From: an archaeon GW2011_AR10
GTDB lineage: Archaea; Iainarchaeota; Iainarchaeia; Iainarchaeales; GW2011-AR10
DNA: 32,000 bases
Assembly: GCA_000830275.1 (NCBI GenBank)
Contig: CP010424.1
Span: 90,001-122,000, forward strand
Reading direction: 5' to 3'
Shown in pieces: positions 7,946 through 15,039 of this stretch. The notes under the pieces were generated by a model, which was not told the DNA's origin, made no database searches, and saw nothing but the letters and a program-made list of their open reading frames with translations. Position 1 is the first letter of the stretch; each line of letters begins with the position of its first letter. A program made the translations under genes and the position numbers.

Positions 7946-8018
7946 ACATATATAGCAAATGAGCAATAAATGTTTAATCATTAATGTCATTCGCTATAGC
8001 ATTATCGCTATAGCATTA
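7946..8018. promoter_or_regulatory. Dyad/repeat block in the divergent hydrogenase-rdgB intergenic region
   Basis: ACATATATAGCAAATGA (7946-7962). An imperfect inverted repeat TAGCAAATGAGCA / TGTCATTCGCTA flanks a 19-nt core ATAAATGTTTAATCATTAA (7966-7984). A tandem TCGCTATAGCATTA x2 lies at 7991-8018. A further inverted repeat TTTGCTATAGTAAAAGACA / TGTCTTTTACATATATAGCAAA lies at 7900-7959. The block resembles 14462-14559. Confidence 0.4.
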
Positions 8019-8047
8019 AAAAAAGTTTTTAATGAAAGTGTTTTGGC

Positions 8048-8614
8048 ATGAAAACAGTTTTTTTTTCAACAGCAAACAAGCACAAAGTGCTGGAACTTTC
8101 AAAAATTTTAAGCAAAGAAGGCATAAAAGTCAGGCAAATAAAAGTTGAAATGCAGGAGCCTGACCTTTCATCAATTGAAGAAGTCGCAGAAATAAAGGCA
8201 AAGCAGGCTTTTGCTGCAATAAGAAAGCCAGTAATTGCTGAAGACACCGGCGTTTATTTTTCCGCTTACAGAAACTTTCCCGGGCATCTGGCAAAGCGGG
8301 TTTACCTTGGCCTTGGGTTTAAGGGATTGCTTGCGCTTGTCAAGGCAGCAAAGAACAGGAAAGCGTTCTTTAAAAGCGTGATTTGTTTCACAAAAGACGG
8401 AAAGCGCTTTCACCCATTTTCCGGAAAACTTGGTGGAGTGCTTCTAAGCAGGGTGGTTAAACTGCAAAAGGACCGGCTTCCATATGAAAAGATTTTCAGG
8501 CCAAAGGGCTTTAAGCAGGCTCTCGCAGAACTCAGTATAGAGGAAAAAAACAGGGTTTCGCACAGGGCAATTGCTGCAAGGAAATTCGCTGCTTGGGCGA
8601 AAAAGAACCTTTAA
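8048..8614 (+). CDS. rdgB: Non-canonical purine NTP pyrophosphatase (RdgB/HAM1 family)
   Basis: 188 aa with STANKHKVLE (the T/S-x-N-x-x-K motif), AEDTGV, and the C-terminal SHRAIA motif typical of ITPases. Confidence 0.85.
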   Translation: MKTVFFSTANKHKVLELSKILSKEGIKVRQIKVEMQEPDLSSIEEVAEIKAKQAFAAIRKPVIAEDTGVYFSAYRNFPGHLAKRVYLGLGFKGLLALVKAAKNRKAFFKSVICFTKDGKRFHPFSGKLGGVLLSRVVKLQKDRLPYEKIFRPKGFKQALAELSIEEKNRVSHRAIAARKFAAWAKKNL

Positions 8615-8694
8615 ACATGCTTGTTTTTCATCAAGCGAACATTTTTATATGTTTAAATACCTCAACTATACTGGGGCTGTCAGGAGGAAAATAC

Positions 8695-8841
8695 ATGGCC
8701 AAATGCGAGGTCTGCGGCAAAGACTGCGGCGAAAAGTGCATTGAGAAAAGTGGCAAATCGTTCTGCACTCCAAAACACTTAAGCCAGTACAAAGCAGAGC
8801 ACGAACACGAGGAAGACGAAAACGTCTGTGAGTTCTGCTGA
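8695..8841 (+). CDS. Small cysteine-rich TRASH/YHS-like metal-binding protein
   Basis: 48 aa, MAKCEVCGKDCGEKCIEKSGKSFCTPKHLSQYKAEHEHEEDENVCEFC. It has CxxC...FCxxxH plus a His/Cys-rich acidic tail. GGAGG lies 6 nt upstream of the ATG at 8695. The longer 8593 start in the ORF track would overlap rdgB and translate intergenic sequence. Confidence 0.55.
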   Translation: MAKCEVCGKDCGEKCIEKSGKSFCTPKHLSQYKAEHEHEEDENVCEFC

Positions 8842-8864
8842 CAAACCAATTATTTCTTTTTCTT

Positions 8865-8947
8865 GCGGGAGTCGCATAGCGGCAATTGCGTTGGCTTTAG
8901 GAGCCAATGGCTTAGTGCCTTCGCAGGTTCGAGTCCTGTCTCCCGCA
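8865..8947 (+). tRNA. tRNA-Leu (anticodon UAG), class II with long variable arm
   Basis: Hand-folded. Acceptor GCGGGAG/CTCCCGC, anticodon stem TTGGC/GCCAA, loop TT-TAG-GA, variable arm GGC-TTAGT-GCC, T arm GCAGG-TTCGAGT-CCTGT, discriminator A. No encoded CCA; a T-run follows. Confidence 0.9.
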
Positions 8948-9094
8948 TTTTTGTTTAAAAATTTTTTTTTGGAAAAAGTGCCTGACAGGGTTCTAGGAAA
9001 GGGATTTTTAGAAACTCGGGGTTTCCAGCTTCTGGCATTCATTCCCTGTGCATTGTCTTCACTAAAAAGCAATAAAATAAAAAATTAGGGGGGT

Positions 9095-9193
9095 TTAATA
9101 TGATTCATCGTCGTCGTCGCTTTCAGGTGATTCCTCGTCCCCCTCGTCTTCGTCGTCTTCCTGCACCCTAAATTCTCTCCAACCATCCTCCAT
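9095..9193 (-). CDS. Possible 32-aa highly acidic small protein
   Basis: MEDGWREFRVQEDDEDEGDEESPESDDDDESY. GGGAGGG (9199-9205) lies 5 nt upstream of the ATG. The ORF is below the ORF-track size cut-off and I recognise no homology. Confidence 0.25.
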   Translation of the reverse strand: MEDGWREFRVQEDDEDEGDEESPESDDDDESY

Positions 9194-9226
9194 AAAATCC
9201 CTCCCAAAAAGTTACTCAATTCCTAC

Positions 9227-9276
9227 ATCAACAGATATTTAAAAGTATTGTTGATATTTTGAGACAAATGTCTCAA
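9227..9276 (-). terminator. Two hairpins immediately downstream of copA
   Basis: A perfect palindrome TTGAGACA-aa-TGTCTCAA (9259-9276) lies 8 nt after the copA stop. It is followed by ATCAACA-15nt-TGTTGAT (9227-9255). A terminator function is inferred from position only. Confidence 0.3.
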
Positions 9277-9284
9277 AGCCTATT

Positions 9285-11714
9285 TCATCGTGGCCTGTAC
9301 CCTTTCATCAGCAAGGAATTGCTTACAACCGAAACAGAGCTGAATGCCATCGCCGCTCCGGCAATAACCGGGCTGAGGAGAAAACCGTTTATGCCATATA
9401 AAATGCCCATTGCAACAGGAATCCCGATTGCGTTATAGGCAAATGCCCAAAAAAGGTTTTGTTTTATTTTAGCTAGAGTGTATCTGCTTAAATCAACAGC
9501 AACCGCGATATCCTGTAAATGGCTCTTTACAAGCACTACCCCTCCACTCTCAATCGCAACATCCGTGCCTGCACCAATTGCAATTCCCACATCCGCCTGT
9601 GCAAGTGCTGGCGCATCATTTATGCCGTCCCCGACAAAAGCAACTTTTTTTCCAGAGCTCTGCAGCTTTTTCACTTCTTCTGCCTTAAGCTCCGGCAGAA
9701 CCTTTGCCATAACTTTTTTTATGCCAACCTGCTTTGCAATCGCATTAGCGGTCCTTTCATTGTCTCCTGTTATCATGACTGTTTCATAGCCAAGATCATT
9801 AAGGCGCTTTATTGCTGCAGCAGAATCCTCTTTCACAGTGTCGGCAATTGCAATTATGCCTGAAACATTTTTGTTTATGGAAGCAATTACAACGGTTTTG
9901 CCTTCATTTTCTAGGTGCTCAACTTTCTCTGAAATTTCATTATTAATTGTAACTCCCTCTTTTTTCATCATGGCAGAGTTTCCAATTGCAACTAGGTTCC
10001 TTCCAACAGAAGCAACAATTCCGTGTCCTGGCACGGCATTGAATGTTTTTGGCTCTGCAACTTTCAGGGATTTTTCTTTTGCTTTTTTTACGATAGCTGC
10101 AGCAAGGTGGTGCTCTGATTTGCTTTCTGCAGAAGCAGCTGCAGCAAGAAGCTCCTTTTCTGTGATTCCGAAAGCAACAATGTCAGTAACAATTGCCTCT
10201 CCCTTTGTTATTGTTCCTGTTTTGTCAAGCACTATTGTATTTACTTTGTGCAAAATCTCAAGGCTTTCCGCGTTCTTGAACAGGATGCCGTGTTCTGCGC
10301 CTTTCCCTGTTCCAAGCATAACCGCGGTTGGAGTTGCAAGTCCCATTGCACAGGGACAGGCAATTATGAGAGTTGCAACAAATATTGTAAATGCAAACAA
10401 AAAGCCCTGCCCTGCAATGAAATACCAATACACAAACGCAAGCAATGCAAGAACGATAACCACTTGAACAAAATAGCCTGCCACCAAATCCGCGAGCTTT
10501 TGTATTGGGGCCTTGCTGCCTTGGGCATCCTCAACCAGTTTTATTATTTGCGCTAGCATCGTATCCTTGCCAACTTTTATTGCCTTAAAACTGAGAGAGC
10601 CTGTTTTGTTTATTGTTGCCCCAATAACCGTGTCACCTTTCCTTTTATGCACTGGCAAGCTTTCCCCTGTAACCATGCTTTCATCAATGCTGCTGTCTCC
10701 TTCAACAACAACGCCGTCAACAGGAATCTTCATGCCGGGCTTTACAATTATGATGTCTCCAACAACAACTTCTTTTATTGGCAGCTCAGCTTCTTTTCCG
10801 TTCCTTATGACAATTGCGGTTTTTGGCTGCAAGCCTATAAGGTGTTTTATTGCTTCTGATGTTTTTCCCTTTGCGACTGCCTCAAGGTATTTGCCAAGCA
10901 CAATGAAAGTAAGCAAAAGTGCGGCGGTTTCATAATATATGCTGCCTTCAATCACTTGAAAGCTTACAAAAAGGCTGTAAACATAAGCTGTTCCCACTCC
11001 TAAAGCAACAAGGCTGTCCATTGAAGGCGTCCGGTTTATAAGGCCCTTAATGCCTCTTTCAAAGAAATCCCTGTTTATGTACATCACCGGCGTTGTAAGC
11101 AAGAACTGCACTAATGCCATATTACTCGTCAAAATTTCCGGATACTCAAGCACAACAACCCCTTTTAGCATTTCAGGCAATGCTAGAACAAGTACTGGAA
11201 AAGTGAGGATTGCAGAGTATGCGACTCTTTTTTTAAGCGCTGCAATCTCTCTGTCCCGTGCCTCTTTTTCGTAGTCAGCGCTTTCCGCCTCTTCAGCGCC
11301 ATAACCGGAAGCTTCAATAGATTCTATAATCTGTTTTACGTTTACTTTTGACGGATCAAACTGAACTGTTGCTTTCTCTGTTGCAAGGTTTACAGTGCTG
11401 CTTTTTATGCCGTCCAATTTTTTGATTGCGTTGTCAACAATATTCACGCAGTGCTGGCTGCTCATGCCGGTTATTTTTAATATTATAGATGTTTTTGAGG
11501 CTGAAGGCCCTTCAATGCCGTAACCAAGTCCCTCAATTACTTTTTTGAAATCCTGAAAACCTGTTTTTGATTCATCGTATTCCACTGTTACTTTGTTGTT
11601 TGCAAAGTTGGCGTTCACGCTTTTTACGCCCTCAAGCTTGCCTATTCTGCGCTCTATGTTTATGGAGCAAGAGGCACAATGCATGCCGGTTGTTGTAATT
11701 GTTTCTTTTTTCAA
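9285..11714 (-). CDS. copA: Copper-translocating P1B-type ATPase
   Basis: 809 aa with two N-terminal HMA domains (GMHCASC; the second is degenerate, GMSSQHC). It has the TM CPC motif [23 protein letters not shown] and GDGINDAP. The start is TTG with AGGTGA 4 nt upstream. Confidence 0.95.
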   Translation of the reverse strand: MKKETITTTGMHCASCSINIERRIGKLEGVKSVNANFANNKVTVEYDESKTGFQDFKKVIEGLGYGIEGPSASKTSIILKITGMSSQHCVNIVDNAIKKLDGIKSSTVNLATEKATVQFDPSKVNVKQIIESIEASGYGAEEAESADYEKEARDREIAALKKRVAYSAILTFPVLVLALPEMLKGVVVLEYPEILTSNMALVQFLLTTPVMYINRDFFERGIKGLINRTPSMDSLVALGVGTAYVYSLFVSFQVIEGSIYYETAALLLTFIVLGKYLEAVAKGKTSEAIKHLIGLQPKTAIVIRNGKEAELPIKEVVVGDIIIVKPGMKIPVDGVVVEGDSSIDESMVTGESLPVHKRKGDTVIGATINKTGSLSFKAIKVGKDTMLAQIIKLVEDAQGSKAPIQKLADLVAGYFVQVVIVLALLAFVYWYFIAGQGFLFAFTIFVATLIIACPCAMGLATPTAVMLGTGKGAEHGILFKNAESLEILHKVNTIVLDKTGTITKGEAIVTDIVAFGITEKELLAAAASAESKSEHHLAAAIVKKAKEKSLKVAEPKTFNAVPGHGIVASVGRNLVAIGNSAMMKKEGVTINNEISEKVEHLENEGKTVVIASINKNVSGIIAIADTVKEDSAAAIKRLNDLGYETVMITGDNERTANAIAKQVGIKKVMAKVLPELKAEEVKKLQSSGKKVAFVGDGINDAPALAQADVGIAIGAGTDVAIESGGVVLVKSHLQDIAVAVDLSRYTLAKIKQNLFWAFAYNAIGIPVAMGILYGINGFLLSPVIAGAAMAFSSVSVVSNSLLMKGYRPR

Positions 11715-11735
11715 CTTTTCACCTGTTAGTATTGC

Positions 11736-12665
11736 TTACAAATATGCCAGTGCGGATTTTGGGCCAAAAACCATTATTAATATCATGAAAACATTGAACA
11801 ATGCCGCAGTGGCAAGGAATTTTAATAAACCGGTTTTAAGCGCATCATTTGCTGCTGAGCCTGTTTCCCTGAACATCATGTAACTTAAGCCGAAGAGCAC
11901 AATCGCACAAATCACAAATGCTATATACAAAAATGCAACAAGATTGTCTGAAATCAGCATAACTGAGGTCATTGCACCCATTATTCCAGCCATGAACCCA
12001 GCCATGATTCCCTCCATTGCGCCCATAACTCCGCAGTGCCTGCCAATACTTACCCCAGTGCCAATTCCAAGCAGTATTCCGACAATTGATCCGGCAAACA
12101 TTCCGTTTGTTACGCCTATAAGTGCTCCGCTCATAAAACCTATTATCATTCCAACAGTCATTCCAACCATCATGCCAACAGTGCAGGATATCGTTTCTTT
12201 ATACGCCAGCATATGATTATAAGAAAAAACAACGATTATGGAGAAAACAATCGAAAGGAAAAAGAACGGAACATAGCTGGCGAAATTCTGTATTGCGCCT
12301 GCAGCAAAAAATGAAATCATTATGCCGGCAAGCATTAACAAGACAAAAGAGGCAAGGGAATAATTGAGAAGCCTTGACTCAACATAAGTTTCTGGAGCAG
12401 CTGAAAGAATTGAAAATAAATAGTCTTTTACCCTGCCAAAATCCCCTCTGGGCCCTTTCACCTCTCCACGCCTTTCAGTGAAACCCTTCAGCTCTAGTTC
12501 TTTCTTTAGCTTGCCGATTGTGCTTTCCTCGCACGTTATGGTGACAAACCCACTCCTCTCATCAATGTCCTTGACTGATGCATTATTCTGTGCTGCAACC
12601 CTGTCAATTATTTTTTCACACGCATTGCAATGCAAGCCGTTAAGCCCAAGAACATACTCCTTCAA
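11736..12665 (-). CDS. HMA-domain protein fused to a Gly/Met-rich polytopic membrane domain
   Basis: 309 aa. The N-terminal ferredoxin-like HMA domain carries GLNGLHCNACEKI. It is followed by about 6 TM helices with GxxxG/M zippers (GMMVGMTVGMIIGFMSGALIGVTNGMFAGSIVGILLGIGTGVSIGRHCGVMGAMEGIMAGFMAGIMGAM). The TTG start overlaps the copZ stop, with AGGTGG upstream. Confidence 0.8.
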   Translation of the reverse strand: MKEYVLGLNGLHCNACEKIIDRVAAQNNASVKDIDERSGFVTITCEESTIGKLKKELELKGFTERRGEVKGPRGDFGRVKDYLFSILSAAPETYVESRLLNYSLASFVLLMLAGIMISFFAAGAIQNFASYVPFFFLSIVFSIIVVFSYNHMLAYKETISCTVGMMVGMTVGMIIGFMSGALIGVTNGMFAGSIVGILLGIGTGVSIGRHCGVMGAMEGIMAGFMAGIMGAMTSVMLISDNLVAFLYIAFVICAIVLFGLSYMMFRETGSAANDALKTGLLKFLATAALFNVFMILIMVFGPKSALAYL

Positions 12666-12865
12666 TTAACCACCTTATAGCCTTCCTTTTCAACAGCCCT
12701 TTTTACATCAGTTGTCAATGACTCTTTTTCAAGCTCAACCTTTATTGTGCCTGATTTGTGATCTGCAATAAGCACTTTTGCGCCTTTTATTTCTGAAATT
12801 GAGTCCTCCAGAAGTATCTCGCAGCTTTTGCAGTGCATTCCTGAAACCCTAATTGTTTTTTCCAT
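12662..12865 (-). CDS. copZ: Copper metallochaperone (HMA domain)
   Basis: About 67 aa counted from the ATG at 12865 (MEKTIRVSGMHCKSCEILLED). The ORF track extends to a GTG at 12880. It has the classic GMxCxxC motif and chaperone length. Confidence 0.85.
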   Translation of the reverse strand: MEKTIRVSGMHCKSCEILLEDSISEIKGAKVLIADHKSGTIKVELEKESLTTDVKRAVEKEGYKVVN

Positions 12866-13322
12866 CCTTTTTAACCTCACATTTTTCTGGGGCTTTTAAA
12901 GAATAATGCAAACCAATGGTGAGAAACAATGCACTTGCAATGCCAAAATAAATGCTTATATCTGCAAGGAATGCTGTTGAGCTGCCTAACCCCATCCAGA
13001 TAAGCCACACCGGCTGGCAGATAGGGCAGGAAGTCAAAAATAAACCAGTGAATGCCCCTGCAACCGCGCCGCTGCTCTCTGTCTTTATTCCTGTCTCATA
13101 ATTTTTAAGCAGCACAGTTAAGTTTAGTGCAAGGAGCAGTATGACGACAATAAGAACAAAAATATTCAGCGGCTCAACAATCTGAACTGTGTTGAAAATG
13201 TAGAGCAACGCAAAGCCTGATGTAACTGAAAGCACTAGCGAAATCACAACAGAAAACAGCAGGAAAGCCACAATGTATCTTCTGGCCGAGAGTATTTGCA
13301 TTAGTCTTTCAATGTCATTCAT
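12849..13322 (-). CDS. Four-TM membrane protein with intramembrane CPxC motif
   Basis: 157 aa with GAVAGAFTGLFLTSCPICQPVW inside a predicted helix. Its ATG overlaps the stop of the upstream gene (ATGA). It is a paralog of 20195-20644. Confidence 0.7.
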   Translation of the reverse strand: MNDIERLMQILSARRYIVAFLLFSVVISLVLSVTSGFALLYIFNTVQIVEPLNIFVLIVVILLLALNLTVLLKNYETGIKTESSGAVAGAFTGLFLTSCPICQPVWLIWMGLGSSTAFLADISIYFGIASALFLTIGLHYSLKAPEKCEVKKDGKNN

Positions 13323-13765
13323 GGAACCACCACAAGTTTTCCTGGCTTCATCATGCGCATTCCGCAGCTGTATTCAAAAGTTCCCTCTGCTTGGGGGGTG
13401 AACTCAACGATTTGCTCCTCGCCGTTCTTTGAAACGGTGCTTACATTAAGGCCGTATATGACAAGCTGTCTTCCGCATCCAGCACTTGGATCAGCGCTGA
13501 AGTGCAGTCTCACTGGGCTGCCTTTCTTAACTGTTATTTCCTGCTTGTCATAGCTGAAGGTTGACAATGCCTTAAGATAAATGTCAGTGGGTTTTTCCCC
13601 TGTTGGCTGCAGGATTACGTTGCCAGACTTTTGGGTGTTGGCCGTGGAATTGGCTGCAGAAACGTATGCGTAGACTAGCCCGGCAAAAACCAATACTGCT
13701 ATTGCAAGCATTACCAAAAACAATGTTGTTGTGCTTATTTTGGGCTTCTCAGTCATCATTGTCAC
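13319..13765 (-). CDS. Membrane-anchored cupredoxin-like (Cupredoxin_1-type) protein
   Basis: 148 aa with an N-terminal TM anchor. The rest reads EITVKKGSPVRLHF...AGCG...VEFTPQAEGTFEYSCGMRMMKPGKLVVV, a cupredoxin-like beta-sandwich signature with Cys/Met ligand candidates. The start may be an internal ATG at 13759 or 13756, given AGGTGA at 13762-13767. Confidence 0.75.
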   Translation of the reverse strand: MTMMTEKPKISTTTLFLVMLAIAVLVFAGLVYAYVSAANSTANTQKSGNVILQPTGEKPTDIYLKALSTFSYDKQEITVKKGSPVRLHFSADPSAGCGRQLVIYGLNVSTVSKNGEEQIVEFTPQAEGTFEYSCGMRMMKPGKLVVVP

Positions 13766-13832
13766 CTTAATTTAGTTGAACTTACAATATACATATCCGA
13801 AACAATATATATTATTTGGTGAAACCCGCTTC

Positions 13833-14369
13833 TCACTTTGTTTTAATTTCCTTTGAAATCTTTAAAGCAAAGAAACCTATTGCCACAATAAGCGCAACAG
13901 TGAAAAGTATTTGGTTCAATCCTCCCCAAAGCCCATATGAATTGTACATTGTGCTTGGCCCCATCATTCCTCCAAAACTGCTTCCCACCATGCCTCCAAA
14001 AACTGAACCCATCATTCCGCCCATCATGCCGTATTTGCTGCCTATCATCCCATAATACTGGGTCGCTTCATTGCTGAGGCCAGAGCAATAGAACCTGTAA
14101 GCCATTGCGATGTGCATTTGCTTGAGGCTTTCCGATCCTTCTCCTCCCATCATTGTATCCATGTATTCATGTTGTTCTCCAGGATGGAGCTGCTCCATGT
14201 AATAATCTCCAATCGTTTCTAGTTGTTCAGCCGTGAGTTCCGAACAAGGAGTTTTTTGCCCAATAATCTGCTTTGTTTCAGTAAAATTGTGGTTTTCAGC
14301 AGCCATTGCCAATGGCGCTAAAAGCAGCGAAATTAAGCCGATAATAATAAAGTATTTTTTTGCTTTCAC
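13833..14369 (-). CDS. Secreted/C-terminally anchored Met/Gly-rich protein (putative Cu(I) binding)
   Basis: 178 aa with a signal peptide ending LAMAAE. It has HPGEQHEYMDTMMGGEG and GMIGSKYGMMGGMMGSVFGGMVGSSFGGMMGP, then a C-terminal TM helix. The start is GTG with GGAGGT 9 nt upstream. Confidence 0.75.
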   Translation of the reverse strand: MKAKKYFIIIGLISLLLAPLAMAAENHNFTETKQIIGQKTPCSELTAEQLETIGDYYMEQLHPGEQHEYMDTMMGGEGSESLKQMHIAMAYRFYCSGLSNEATQYYGMIGSKYGMMGGMMGSVFGGMVGSSFGGMMGPSTMYNSYGLWGGLNQILFTVALIVAIGFFALKISKEIKTK

Positions 14370-14407
14370 TGTCCAAAAACCTCCATTAAAAGTTTAAGGG
14401 AGAGGGT

Positions 14408-14440
14408 TTAATTTCCCCCTCCACCGCATGCTCCGCACAT
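14408..14440 (-). CDS. Possible 10-codon upstream micro-ORF, MCGACGGGGN
   Basis: ATG at 14438-14440 and TAA at 14408-14410. It is preceded by GGAGGTTTTTT with 9-nt spacing, the same SD sequence and spacing as the downstream 13833-14369 gene. It encodes a CxxC pair. Confidence 0.2.
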   Translation of the reverse strand: MCGACGGGGN

Positions 14441-14466
14441 GATAAAAAACCTCCAAATCCAACATA

Positions 14467-14552
14467 TAGCAAATGACCTTATTTTGTTCAAATATTTTTG
14501 TCATTTGCTATCTATCAGGCGACAATAAATGTTCAAAAATTAATGTCGCCTG
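14467..14552. promoter_or_regulatory. Two perfect dyads between the divergent Met-rich-protein gene and the PadR-TRASH gene (candidate operator)
   Basis: TAGCAAATGAC (14467-14477) / GTCATTTGCTA (14500-14510), 22-nt spacer. CAGGCGACA (14516-14524) / TGTCGCCTG (14544-14552), 19-nt spacer ATAAATGTTCAAAAATTAA. Confidence 0.45.
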
Positions 14553-14607
14553 CTATATCATATTATGATATATTTATTTTTAAACCTTTTCTTGAATTGC
14601 TATAATT

Positions 14608-15030
14608 ATGGAAGAAATTAAAGTAACAAGCATGTCGAAGTTCTATTCACTGATGCTTTTGTGCGAGGAACCCAGGCATGGCTACAAGTTAATCAAAACT
14701 GTCGGGGAAAAGCTAGGCAAAAAGGTCAGCCCGGGCCAGATTTATCCTTTCCTTGCAAAGCTTGAGAAAACTGGATATATTAAAGTAAAGTCATCAGGTG
14801 AAAGGGACAAAAAAGTTTACGCTTTAACGCCTGATGGAAAAAAATTCTGCCAGGCAATGCTCCATAAGTTCGGTGACCTAGTGGAGCTGGCAATTGAGCC
14901 AAACCTCACGAAGTGTGTTCATTGCGGTTGCGAAGTATACAAAGGCGGGCACAAGGCAAAAATAAACGGAAAAGAAACGATGTTCTGCTGCAAGCACTGC
15001 GCTGCTACTTACAAGTCGCACTCACACTAA
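14608..15030 (+). CDS. PadR-type winged-helix regulator fused to a C-terminal TRASH metal-sensing domain
   Basis: 140 aa. The PadR signature is PRHGYKLIKTV...SPGQIYPFLAKLEKTGYIKV...KVYALTPDGKKF. The C-terminus CVHCG-x19-FCCKHCAATY fits the TRASH pattern C-x2-C-x19-22-C-x3-C. Confidence 0.85.
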   Translation: MEEIKVTSMSKFYSLMLLCEEPRHGYKLIKTVGEKLGKKVSPGQIYPFLAKLEKTGYIKVKSSGERDKKVYALTPDGKKFCQAMLHKFGDLVELAIEPNLTKCVHCGCEVYKGGHKAKINGKETMFCCKHCAATYKSHSH

Positions 15031-15039
15031 CCACTCATA

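Noticed and set aside
7991-8018. The tandem TCGCTATAGCATTA x2, considered as a mini CRISPR or satellite.
   Set aside because: There are only two 14-nt units with no spacers, and no cas genes are present in the window.
7766-8047. The AT-rich 282-nt intergenic region with many repeats, considered as a replication origin (ORB elements/DUE).
   Set aside because: There is no orc1/cdc6 gene nearby and no ORB-like G-string motif. The repeats are shared with a promoter region at 14460-14560 and are better explained as regulatory.
8593-8841. The 82-aa version of the small Cys-rich ORF.
   Set aside because: The upstream 34 codons overlap the end of rdgB and translate AT-rich intergenic sequence. The internal ATG at 8695 has a GGAGG site and yields a coherent TRASH-like peptide.
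8779-9072. 97-aa minus-strand ORF and 86-aa plus-strand ORF (8828-9088) across the tRNA-Leu region.
   Set aside because: Both overlap a well-folding tRNA-Leu gene and have no motifs. They are most likely spurious.
9838-10467. Long plus-strand ORFs antisense to real genes. Examples: 209 aa inside copA, 15497-16030 inside the lipoprotein gene, 27690-28211 inside the 286-aa gene, and 31001-31465 inside ileS.
   Set aside because: They lie entirely within strongly supported minus-strand genes. Their composition is low-complexity Ser/Pro/Leu-rich, typical of shadow frames, with no motifs and no ribosome-binding sites.
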